This document shows, piece by piece, positions 45,104 to 55,636 of a DNA stretch of 64,000 nucleotides. Within the stretch, counting starts at the first letter, position 1. The number at the start of each line of letters is the position of its first letter. The position numbers and the translations under genes are program-made. The notes beneath the pieces are model-generated. The model searched no databases. It was not told the DNA's origin and was given only the letters and a program-made list of their open reading frames with translations. The DNA comes from a virus, in the IMG/VR virus record IMGVR_UViG_3300023082_000001, positions 23,952 to 87,951 of that record; one strand, written 5' to 3'.

Positions 45104-45132
45104 TTGACAGGGGTTTATAATGGCGTTATCCT
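45104..45132 (+). promoter_or_regulatory. Rightward promoter of the divergent pair
   Basis: TTGACA-17-TATCCT followed by an A/C-rich leader and SD AGGAG. Confidence 0.75.
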
Positions 45133-45162
45133 AGGCACATCAACCAAACAGGAGATACACAA

Positions 45163-46331
45163 ATGATCATCACAAAAGAAATGCTAGACGCAATCCTCTA
45201 CCACCAGTACGAAGAGGAGGACTATGACCGTGAAACTGGTCCTTGTAAAACCCTGTACACCGTCAGTAACCTGTTCGAGCGAGAGGAGTTCGCCAAGTAT
45301 GCAATTGAAAAGATTCTTACAGCTTACGCTGAAGTGATGGCAATCAAATGAAACAAATCACTGCTGAAGATGTTCGCAAGCTTCGTGAAGAGTGTGAGGA
45401 AAATTTGAAATGAAGATTTATGCAGTTGAGAATGTCACTTGGGATGGGATCGAGTACCAAAAACTATTTCGATCTGAGGCTAGTGCTAAAGTACATGCGC
45501 GGGAAAAGAATAGGGAGATTGGTATAAAGAACTACTATAAAGTTTATGAAAAGGTGGTGGAAGAATGAAACGACTAATCCATTACTATTACAACACATAC
45601 GATCTTGGCTGTGGATGCTGTAGCGACAGCTTCTCAGAATACACAATGTGGGAGGATGAAATTATGGTTGTAGATGACTGTCTTATGCAGATCTGTGAGA
45701 ATGAGTAAGACTTGAAACTTGGCTTATCTTGAGCCATTTGATGTTGATCCTGATAGTAGGTGGTTTTGATTATGGAAATTTCACAAGACGAATTGAGCGA
45801 GCTTCTATCCTGTATAGAAAGCCTTGCCGGAATGATGGAGCCCTACTACTCTCAATGTGGTGGTGCAGATGAGGCTTATGAGATTCTTGAGAAATATCGT
45901 CGTAAGCAGCCTTACGTCACAGAAGAATTGATTGGCGCTAGCTGCAAGATTTGTGGTAAGACATTTAAGTGGTCTAGAAAGAAAAGGTTGCTGGATGAGC
46001 ATCAACAGAATACAGCCTTGTCTAATCACATTACACAGGAACATGGTATTATTGATTACAAGGAGAAAAAGCAATACAAGATTAAAGCTAGAGTCGTGGT
46101 TACACATTGGGATACGTATCAAGATTATTTGGATAGGGGATTTGTAAAATGAACAAACCATTTCAACCAACAGCAGAACAAAAGATTATTTTTGAAAAAT
46201 GGGCTAAGTCAGAACATTGCAATTTGACATCCTCACCTTATCCTGATAGCTTCCGTACATACAAATTTGACAGAACTCAACACATGCTTGAAGGTTGGCT
46301 AGCTGCGCTGGCTGTCAAAGTAGGAGAATGA
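45163..46331 (+). other. Cluster of small early ORFs (45163-45351, 45348-45413, 45760-46152 with C2H2-like motif, 46149-46331 and others)
   Basis: Coupled ORFs downstream of promoter 45104. Confidence 0.6.
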
Positions 46332-46375
46332 AACGGCTCTAGCCCTTATACAACGGGGCTTACAGCTTAAAATGC

Positions 46376-46404
46376 TTGACTATCTTGTGACTTAACACTA
46401 TCTT
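46376..46404 (+). promoter_or_regulatory. sigma70-type promoter of the minimal polymerase gene
   Basis: TTGACT-17-TATCTT; inverted repeat AGCCC-N10-GGGCT (46341-46360) just upstream. Confidence 0.7.
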
Positions 46405-46438
46405 ACTATTAATACATCTTTAAAGGAGATATAAAGGA

Positions 46439-47812
46439 TTGATACTAAAGTTATGGACTATGGATAAAGAAGAGAGAAAGAATATATTTACTCTTTGTAC
46501 TCACTTTAACATTCATTACAATAGAACAAATAAATACAAACACATACATGAAGGAATAGAGAATGAAGTAGGACTAGGGTACACAAAAGAGGTATGGACT
46601 TTAATCACTAACACAGCAAGAGCTATCAAATATGGTGCTCAAGGTCTGTGTATTCCTCGTGACTTCTTACCATACAAAGCCAATACTCAATCTATCCGAC
46701 ACAGAAAGATGATTTCTCTTGTTGACTCTCTATCTGAATTAGGTTATCTTGTATCTTATATTGGTGGTATCACAGATTGGAATGAGATGGAGAAGGTAGG
46801 TAGCCGCGTTATCTTCACACAAAAGTATTTGTCTTTGTGGCAAGGTACAGACGTATCTGATGAAGTTGATGTTATCAGTGTTGTTGAAGTCAAGGACAGG
46901 TCTACCAAAGAAATTAAAAATAATCGCGGTTTTACAGGAATTAAAGACATCAGGCAGCAGATGACAACATTTAATAACTTACTGTCTGAAGTGGAGATTG
47001 AGCACGAAGGTAATATCCTCCCTGTTCAGATGTACAAAAGATCGTTCATTGATAGTTTAACTTTAGGTGGTCGCATGTATAACACAACTGGTGGTGTACA
47101 AACCTTGAGTCAAGAGGAGAGAGCTGAATTGAAACTTAATGGTAAGGCCGTTGTGGAGCTAGATTTTAAGGCTATGCACGCCTCTTTGCTTTATGAGAAA
47201 GAGTGGCAAGAAGATAAAGAGAGTCTTGAGAGTTGGATAGCTACAGAGTGGAATGGAGTTTATAATCCTTATGGGGCAGACCTGTCTTTCTTGAATGTCG
47301 ATCAAGAGAAGATTGATTGGTTTAAAGCTAAATACAATAAACCATCGTATGATCCTGTGCGCAATCTTCAGAAGCGGACTGTTATGATTGCTTTGAATGC
47401 TAAGTCATACCCAAAGACTTGTGCAAATATCACCACTCATTACAAGAATGACTATGATAAGCGTGGCACGGATGCCGAGATTGATTGCCTATATTATGGT
47501 ATCGAACCTGACTTCGACAGCAAGGGTGAGCTTGAATTTCGCAGTGGTCACTCTGTTCAGGCGGTTGCCTATCACAACAGTCCTATTGCAAAGTATTTCT
47601 TCAAGGATCAAGGCGTTCATCTTCAGTATATTGATAGTGAAATTCTATCAGACGTAATGAGTAAATTGATTATGCAAGGGGAGGTACTTTTACCTGAGCA
47701 TGACAGCGTGATTGTGCTTGAAGATTTGGAAGGTGTTGCGTTACAATACATGAAAGACGCCTATCTTAAAGTTATGGGTTCCGATAAATTCTGTTATGTG
47801 GAGAAAAAATAA
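46439..47812 (+). CDS. Minimal PolA/T7-RNAP-superfamily nucleotide polymerase (457 aa)
   Basis: D..GGRMY (aa 205-214), motif A ELDFKAMH (D242), motif B RNLQKRTVM (R308/K312), motif C EHDSVIV (H421/D422); no exonuclease domain. Confidence 0.72.
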   Translation: MILKLWTMDKEERKNIFTLCTHFNIHYNRTNKYKHIHEGIENEVGLGYTKEVWTLITNTARAIKYGAQGLCIPRDFLPYKANTQSIRHRKMISLVDSLSELGYLVSYIGGITDWNEMEKVGSRVIFTQKYLSLWQGTDVSDEVDVISVVEVKDRSTKEIKNNRGFTGIKDIRQQMTTFNNLLSEVEIEHEGNILPVQMYKRSFIDSLTLGGRMYNTTGGVQTLSQEERAELKLNGKAVVELDFKAMHASLLYEKEWQEDKESLESWIATEWNGVYNPYGADLSFLNVDQEKIDWFKAKYNKPSYDPVRNLQKRTVMIALNAKSYPKTCANITTHYKNDYDKRGTDAEIDCLYYGIEPDFDSKGELEFRSGHSVQAVAYHNSPIAKYFFKDQGVHLQYIDSEILSDVMSKLIMQGEVLLPEHDSVIVLEDLEGVALQYMKDAYLKVMGSDKFCYVEKK

Positions 47813-47934
47813 TGACCTACCAACAACAATACAAATCATTCCTATCCACCTTGCACCAAGACACACGCCCGTCGATTGCCGACCAAGATATCCCTAAAGA
47901 TGGCTCACAGATATATCTATATAATTAATCTATC

Positions 47935-47993
47935 AGCCCACAGTATTAAATAGAAATTATTGTCTATGCTGTGGGCTTTTTCTTTGGCATAAT
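47935..47993 (+). terminator. Terminator hairpin fused to an extended -10 promoter
   Basis: AGCCCACAG-N25-CTGTGGGCT-TTTTC, then TGG-CATAAT and the A/C-rich leader CGAAACGAAAC. Confidence 0.6.
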
Positions 47994-49183
47994 CATTCCA
48001 TCGAAACGAAACATACAAATGTAATTGGAGAGATGAGATGACAACAGCACACGTACACAAATTATTGATCGACTTGGGCTATTTGTTCGAGAAAATCACA
48101 CCACAAAACAGTGATGTACCTAAATGGGTGTGCCTGGATAATGACAAGATTCCATTGTGTTCTGACAGGGTTTTATCCAAAGTTATTTGGGATATGGATA
48201 AGCAATTGGGAGGTGTAGCATGAGTAGTTATCTGCTTGACTTACAACGTGCAATCGCTCAGACGCATCACTTATCAGATGACAAAGTGTTTGCTCCTCTT
48301 GGGGACAATTATTTTGTAGGATGGTATGAAGCCGCCGAAGACTTGACCTACGGAATTTCCTGTGGCTCAGAGCACGCTGTCAAATCACAGATGGCCCCTT
48401 GGCTCATGGGCGAAGATAATCCTTACTATGAAAGCCTTGACAGCGAGAGTGACAAGGGGTATTGTGAACGTATGAAAGCAATTCAATTATTGATGGAGAA
48501 ATGTGATGACTGAAGTTTATGTAACAACCAACACAGTATGCGACCACTCAGAATACTCTGATGAGATGTATGGCCCTTGGGAAGCCAGCTACACTTTTGA
48601 AGTAACTGGTATTACGTTACAGAAGCCTAACGTTGACTATGAGAAATTCAATACAGCCTTTGAAGTGAATGCTGGCGATACATTGTTTGTTTTGAGCATC
48701 ATCTACAGTACAGGTGATAGCTTCGGTTATTCAACAGGTAACGGTGAAGCATTGTGGGTGTTTAAAGATTTTGAGGTTGCTAAAAAGGCTGCTGAAGATT
48801 TTCGTAGTCAAGAAGATGAGTACTCTGTAAAATTCAAAGATGAATCTGGTAAGAAGCTTACGATGTCAAATCCAGCTTCAGGTTATTTTGAGAGCTTGAC
48901 AGATGTTTTACTGCAACCTTTTGTAGTTGGTACAATTTCTCAAGTGCGATTCTAAGGACTAACAATGCAACCCCAACAATACGAATATGATGCAAGTGAT
49001 TGGCTTGATAGTGATGAGACAAGCTTTTGTGACAATTCTAAGCAATCACGTAAGCAATCTAAGAAAGATTGGAAGGAAAACAGACGTGAGCAAAGAGACA
49101 GGAAACGAGGAGATTGGAATGAATAAATTCAACGACACCGCGATTGCCGACCGGGTGATGCGGGTTATCAAGGGGGAGCGGGG

Positions 49184-49909
49184 ATGAGCAAATATTCCGA
49201 ATTGGTTGGCCTGCTTGAAGACTCTGGAGTTTTACAGCTTGAGGATGATTGGGCTGTCGAAATTCAAAGTTTAATTAAAAGCCGATCACGGTTCGCCGCC
49301 TCACCTGTGCCGCCTGCTGGCGATGTGGAAGTGCTACCAGAACGCAGAAACGATCATATCCATCTTGATGCTTCAATGAATGCTAGAGCGGTTGGATTTA
49401 ATGAGTGTTTGGATAAGTGCGTGCCAATTTTCAACCGCCTGACCGCCGAGCGTGACACGGCTATCAAGGCTGCGACATTGGGCGCTGAGAACCTGAACAA
49501 AGCACTGCAAACAGCGGATAGCTTGCGAGCAGAGAACGAACGGCTCAAGAAGATCACTAGATTTGAGGACGCCGTGGCTTGCGTTTTCGACAACTTAAAG
49601 TTTGTAGCCGCAAATACAGGTAGTAAAGAATGGGATGACCGGCTCGAAGATTTGGCAGAGGAGGTCATCGAGTACGCGCCAGAATACAAAAAACAATGGA
49701 AAGACATTTGCGCCCTGCAATCCGAACTGACCAAGGCGCGGGAGTTGGCGAAAAAAGCCTACCACGCCGGATGTCGCGAGGAGTCTAGGGTTTATTTAGA
49801 CCAAATCCTCGGCCATCAATCAGCACCAACCGATAAGGGTGACAAATGCTCGGACGGTGGAACGTGTGGTCTAGGCGGCTTCTGCACCAACTGTCACAAC
49901 CTACCTTAG
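49184..49909 (+). CDS. Temperate-phage-like (Ead/Ea22-style) coiled-coil protein
   Basis: VEVLPERR...NARAVGFN.CLD, RLTAERD, LRAENERL, LQSELTKAREL segments; raised GC. Confidence 0.5.
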   Translation: MSKYSELVGLLEDSGVLQLEDDWAVEIQSLIKSRSRFAASPVPPAGDVEVLPERRNDHIHLDASMNARAVGFNECLDKCVPIFNRLTAERDTAIKAATLGAENLNKALQTADSLRAENERLKKITRFEDAVACVFDNLKFVAANTGSKEWDDRLEDLAEEVIEYAPEYKKQWKDICALQSELTKARELAKKAYHAGCREESRVYLDQILGHQSAPTDKGDKCSDGGTCGLGGFCTNCHNLP

Positions 49910-49994
49910 CCCCGTTAGGGGCTTTATTTTGCCTAAATTTTCTTCAATTTTCTTTTAAATTCCCGTTGACACCATCCTCCAGATGCACGATACT
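49908..49994 (+). promoter_or_regulatory. Terminator plus UP element plus sigma70 promoter
   Basis: AGCCCC-GTTA-GGGGCT-TTATTTT, then T-rich UP element, then TTGACA-17-GATACT (49966-49994). Confidence 0.75.
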
Positions 49995-51745
49995 AGCCCT
50001 ACGCAAACAGAAAACCTTCACGAATCGGAGAGACATCATGAAATTTCAGATTATTGACACAGTGACTAAAGAAGTAGCAGCAAGCCGTGGCACAAAAGCT
50101 TCTGCAACTAACTGGGCTAACAAGCTCAACGATGGCCTGAAAGGTCGGTATGTAGTTGTGAAGGTGGCTTGAAATGAAAAAGTCAGGTCAGCGTTTAATG
50201 ATGGAAGCTAAACTTGATTGCCAACGTATTGCAGAAGGCGCGTTCACACCTGTAGTCTTTGAACGTTATGAATTGATTGGTGGTGAGAAAGGTATTACTC
50301 TAGGCTATCCAACAGAGACAATTAATGGTTCGTCTTGCATCGTGTGGATTAACTATAACTTGAGAGGGAATAAACAATGATCCATCTTCTCTGCATCACA
50401 GACGTAAAAATGCGTCGTTCTGACACAATAGCCTTCAAGAAAGGGCAAGTGTATGAGTGGACATTGCTCGTGGATGGAAGTATTCAAAGGTATACTAGTG
50501 AAGGTGGTTATCATTCGTTTAGGAGTGATGTGTGGAATCAATTTTTCAGCTACCAGATGATTGAGGAGGAAGTGTGATGAGTAATGCATACTGGATTCAT
50601 AGTAATGATGGCGAACTTAACAAAGGTATTGGGCAGATCAATGCTGACTATGTTGTTAACAATAATGGTGTTATGACATTTTATAACAATGATGGGCAGG
50701 AAGTGTTCTGGTATGTGTTGCTGCCCGGTGAAGCTATGTCAGTGGTGTATGGAGGTGCGGCGTGACGGCAGCAGCCCACATAGTCTGGTTTATTTTGAGT
50801 GTACTGTTCCCACCACTGATTATTCTGTGGATCATCTCTGCACTGTGTTGCGGAAGTAGTAAACGCAATAAGATGATTGACTTGCAAAAAGAGAACAACG
50901 AATTGCTTCGTAAACTTAATGAGAGGAATTGGAAATGACTTTCGAAGAAAGAGAAATTGAACTAAGCGAGATGCTTTCCGAAGGAGACATCTCAACTAGA
51001 GAGTGGGCCAAACTTTATATGGAAGCATGTGAGGATGAAGAAGAGTATCCTGACGAAAATAATCAGGTTACTTTTACATGAACTTTATCTACGAACTACA
51101 TTACGAAGCAGAAAATGGTGATCAAATCTATTGCAAAGAATTCTCTGATGAGCTAGAATGCCTGCAAGAGATGCGAAGTCTTCAGATTGAATTTCCAGAG
51201 CATCAGTATTGGTATGACATTAGTGAGGATGGGCGATGAAATACTTAGTAAAGGGGCGAGTTACAGTCAGCTGTTGGACTGAGGTTGAGGCAACGAATCC
51301 AACACAAGCACTAATGCTTGCGAGTCGTAGAGAGTTGGCAGAAATTATAATTGATCCATCTTATGAAGTAGAGGATTGCTTTCATATGGCTAATGACGGA
51401 GCACCGTTTGAAGTCACCATTGAACTAAGTACACCCCGCATTAAATCAAAGAAACAAGTTCCAAGTAAAACTTCAATAGGTGGCTAGCAAGATGTCTAAT
51501 AGATATTCACTACTAGACCGTGGTTTCATTACACACTACGGCTACAATTGTTGGGTGATCCTAGAGGATGGTGTGCCCAAGTTTGGCTTGATGACAGATA
51601 AAGCAAGTGCTCAGAAAAGGGTTGATTTCTACAACGACAATAACCTCACTCACGAAGAATATGTTACACTTATGCTTGGGGATTATGACTTCTCAACAGA
51701 AGACCATCAAGTTATATTGAAGCGTCACATTAATGAGAAAATGTA

Positions 51746-51886
51746 ATGATTATTAAAAGCACTCTGGCATTTCTTATTGTCTTACTCACAGTGATGTGGA
51801 TTTTTACTCCCATCTTCGCTGCTTATAGCGCTTGGCAGGTATGTCTTGGTATGGGGCTATTAATTTTAGCCTTTGACTGTTTATAG
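51746..51886 (+). CDS. Small membrane protein, paralogue A (46 aa)
   Basis: MIIKSTLAFLIVLLTVMWIFTPIFAAYSAWQVCLGMGLLILAFDCL. Confidence 0.55.
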   Translation: MIIKSTLAFLIVLLTVMWIFTPIFAAYSAWQVCLGMGLLILAFDCL

Positions 51887-51905
51887 AAATCTGGAGTTAT
51901 AAAAA

Positions 51906-52067
51906 ATGATCATTAAAAGAACTATCGCTTTCATTCTTGCACTCATTATAATAGTATTAGTCGATGCACCGTTGTTCACAGCTTATGGTGCATGGGCACT
52001 AATTCTATGCCCTATAGTGGGCTGGTGTATTGGTTGGGTGTTTATGGACATTGCGGAGAAAATATAA
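51906..52067 (+). CDS. Small membrane protein, paralogue B (53 aa)
   Basis: MIIKRTIAFILALIIIVLVDAPLFTAYGAWALILCPIVGWCIGWVFMDIAEKI, SD GGAG. Confidence 0.55.
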   Translation: MIIKRTIAFILALIIIVLVDAPLFTAYGAWALILCPIVGWCIGWVFMDIAEKI

Positions 52068-54575
52068 TGAAAGCCGAAATTATTTATCAAGTGACATTTC
52101 CTGATGGCGAAGTTGAATACTTGAGTAACCCATCTGTTGGGTTTGAGGATTGTAAGGTTATTAAATTTTATGCTAATAATAATGAGTTTATTTTTCCAGA
52201 ACGTAACCCAAATTTAAATTTCTTTATGTCGGCAGCAATAAATGGATTTAATGAAGGTTGGAATGCATGTCTGGACGAATTTAAACGATTGAATAAGGAA
52301 TAACTAAAATGAAAGAAGTAAAGAAAATTATCTCGGAAGCACGTGTGGAATTTTGGAAATCTGCATGTGAGCAACGGGATAAATGGTTGACAGAGATTGA
52401 ATATGATATGGAATCTCTTGCCGTAAAGAATATACAATTGCAAAGTAAGCTTGACAGTCAAGATGCTATGTATAAAGAACTTCTATCTCAGTTTGTAGAA
52501 GCATGTCACCCTGTTATGAATGCTGCGTGTAACCTGCGTCAAAGAGATGAAGAACGTGATGAAGTTGAAAAAGCTGTAAAGTATTTGAGTAAGCTTCAGA
52601 GTGCAGCTATCAAAGTTATTAAAGGAGAGTAGCATTAACGGTTTATTCCAAAAGAAGCTAGGTTTGTTATTAGAGGAAATTAATATGAATGATTCCAAAG
52701 AAGTGCTAAAACAATTATTAGAAGCACTTGAGCTTCTTCTTATCGATGCTGAAGCACAAGATGAGGCATTACAAATGGAGTTTGGTAGTAGTCGACGTGT
52801 TTGGAAAAAGCCCTATACTTTTGAAATTGCTCGACAAGCCATTGTCAAAGCCAAAAAGGAAATCTACAATGAATGATACAAAATGGTTAAATGAGATATC
52901 ACTTAGGAAAATAGTACAGGAGCTTGAAAAAGAAGTGACTGAGCTTATAGAAAAGAATAAAAAACTTCAGGAACAATTAGAAGCCGCACAAGAATATATT
53001 GAATTTCAACTCGATGATTGGGATAATTAAAAATGGAAATTAAAGTAGATGATTTGCTACAAGCAACAATAGTGGAACTGGAAAGTGATATTGAAACAAT
53101 TGCTGACCATAATATTCAACTTAAACTTGCCTTAAATGATGCTGTGTTGCTACTTCACAGGACACTCATTTGTCAAATGCCGTTTCAGCTTAAGAAAGAA
53201 ATCCTTGAATTTATTGATGATTTTGAGGTGGAAGAATGACTTGCAAAAGAGTTGGTTGTGATGAACGATATGGGTTGTTCCAAAGTGAAACATACGGTAG
53301 CCTTTGCCGCAGCTGCCTTGATGAGCTTGTTGCTACAGCAGGGGTGATGTCTATCCCTGAATTTATGCATTCTGAAAAGAAAACGGTTGCATACGACAGA
53401 AATTGGGATTACTATGTGACTTCGGTGTTCACTTAAAGGGGTAAGGGAAATGAAATTTGATGATCAACAAACCTCAACAATTAAGCTTATTGATTTTATT
53501 GAACCAAATCTAGAATTATTTAAAAATCTAGACCTTACTGGAGAAGAATTGCTTGGTATATGCGCTTCCATGCGCAATGATGCGAAACTTCGTCACTATA
53601 TGAAAGTGGTGAAGGAATTACAAAGTCAAATGATAGAGGAAAAAAGTAGACAACTAGATCAAGTACTTTCCCTACTCACTGAAGTTTCTCACTGTAAGCT
53701 TCCAAGTAAACTAATGAAGAATGTGAAAAGTTGTCTTGTTGAGCATAAAATTCTAGCTTTCACGGGGCAAAATGTTTATGAAAGGTTCTGAGAAAATTGA
53801 AGAACAGTTTGAACTGTGGGCTGAGGCTAAAGGGCTTCCAGTATCTAAAGATTGGTCTGGAAACTATACACACATGACTCTGTTGGCTTGGGAAGCTTAT
53901 CAAGAAGGCTGGCTTAAGAGTCTGAACAGTCAAGGTATGTATTATATCTGTACCGATCACACAGATAAGTGGTTTGTCTCTAAAGGAAGCTTCAAAGGCG
54001 AGACATTCAATACAGAAACCGAAGCTGTTGAATGGGCTTTGATTAATGGTTATGAGGTGAAAGCGTGAACATTAGAAAGGATTTTCAAAAGTATATGAAG
54101 GAAAAGCCATATCCTTGGCTAGATGTCACTCGGCGTAAACTGTTAGGTCCAAAGGCCGTTAAACTGCATTGGGATACGTGGCAAGCGGCTGTGAAAAGCG
54201 TTGTTGTCACACCACCCGCAACATGCTACTTTGAAGGGGCTGATGTGGAGGATTTCTTCAGACATATGCAAACTCTCGGACTGAGTGTCGTGCATGACCC
54301 AAGGTATGCGGATGGACACGATGAGTAAAACTAAAGAAATTTACGAGATAAAACTAGGTAGAAACTGGACTGAGGTTGAGATTATTGGATACTTTAGAGG
54401 TCAAGTTGTCGTAGGATGGGTGAATGAGCGTGATGGTCTTGTCAATGTTGACATCAGAGACAGAACAGAGCTTCGACATTGCGTGAGGCACTTCAATCCT
54501 GAAAATACTCAGGAATATGCTGATTTCTATGTTCCATTCATGTATGATAAGTAAAAAATTTAAAGGAGAAATAAA

Positions 54576-54983
54576 ATGAGTCTGGCATTAATTGTATACT
54601 TAATCGCTGTTATTCCAAAAATTGGAGTTGCTGCTTGGGTTATTCTTGTATTAGTAGGAATTCTGTACTTTGTTATGACAATTTCAAGCAGCGTAGATCT
54701 TGATGTCTATGGGGGTTATGGGGAAGAACATTCCTCAGTTAAAAAGGCACGCAGCACAAGAAAGTTCATGCGTAATAAGATTTGGATTCCTTTTACACTT
54801 TTAATTGTTGCTGTGGTTGTGCCATCTAAAGAAACACTTTACACAATGGTGGCTGCATATGGTGTTGAAAAACTTGTAGATAACCCCGTAGCTCAAGACT
54901 TGGCTAGTGATGGTGTGGATGTCCTCAAGCAGCTGATGGCTAAAGCTAAACGTGAGCTAACTGAAGACACGCCTAAGAAATAA
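54576..54983 (+). CDS. Multi-TM membrane protein
   Basis: Three hydrophobic segments and the PSKETLY.M.AAY motif seen in myovirus early membrane proteins. Confidence 0.65.
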   Translation: MSLALIVYLIAVIPKIGVAAWVILVLVGILYFVMTISSSVDLDVYGGYGEEHSSVKKARSTRKFMRNKIWIPFTLLIVAVVVPSKETLYTMVAAYGVEKLVDNPVAQDLASDGVDVLKQLMAKAKRELTEDTPKK

Positions 54984-54998
54984 TTGAAAAAATATACC

Positions 54999-55036
54999 AA
55001 AGCCCTGTTGACTCAGGGCTTTTTCATGCCTATAAT
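54999..55036 (+). promoter_or_regulatory. sigma70 promoter whose -35 is the loop of a terminator hairpin
   Basis: AAAGCCCTG-TTGACT-CAGGGCTTT-TTC; TATAAT at 55031 (17-bp spacer). Confidence 0.8.
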
Positions 55037-55075
55037 TCCCCTAACGAAACAGATTAAAGCTTTAGGAGACAGGTC

Positions 55076-55636
55076 ATGAGCCGCATGTATATAGTCAATC
55101 ATTGGAATGACGCTGCTGCCTACTCAGGTGAGCAGATTGGTGACCGCCTGAAAGATTCACAGGCTTTGCATTTCAATCGTGACGGCAGTGCTAACGTTAA
55201 CCTCTACTCTGAAGAGACAGCACAGGCTAAGAAGAAAACTTCTATTCCTCTCAAGAATCGCATTTTGCCACAGGTTGTACGTGTTGAAAAACTCACTGCC
55301 CAAATGGTTGAACTGTGCGATGAGTACAAACAAGGTCTCCACACAAAGGAAGACTACAGCTTGCTTCTGTCAGTGATTTCTGCCAAACGCGCTCGTGCTG
55401 AAGAATTGCTCGCTAAAGCTGTGTCGGTTAAGGCTCCGTTTGAGCAAGAAGAATCTTCGGAAGACGAAACCAGTGCACAACACTCCCCACAGGTTAACTC
55501 GCCTATTACTCCTGAAAAACCCGTACCAATAGCCGTAAATTGTGTGAATAAAGCTTGCAACTCAGCATTGAAGGATGCTATGATTCTAATCACAGGGGCA
55601 GCAAGCTTGCTAGCTCTGGTTAAATTCTTTTTCTGA
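55076..55636 (+). CDS. Hypothetical protein with C-terminal membrane anchor
   Basis: 186 aa, highly expressed codon usage, terminal TM ILITGAASLLALVKFFF. Confidence 0.65.
   Translation: MSRMYIVNHWNDAAAYSGEQIGDRLKDSQALHFNRDGSANVNLYSEETAQAKKKTSIPLKNRILPQVVRVEKLTAQMVELCDEYKQGLHTKEDYSLLLSVISAKRARAEELLAKAVSVKAPFEQEESSEDETSAQHSPQVNSPITPEKPVPIAVNCVNKACNSALKDAMILITGAASLLALVKFFF

Larger units (their letters stand above)
48038..54983 (+). other. Host-takeover region I: about 28 small ORFs, many acidic, coiled-coil or membrane proteins
   Basis: Dense coupled ORFs (ATGA overlaps) with SDs; includes 48503-48955, 49184-49909, 52309-52632, 53450-53791 and 54576-54983. Confidence 0.7.
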
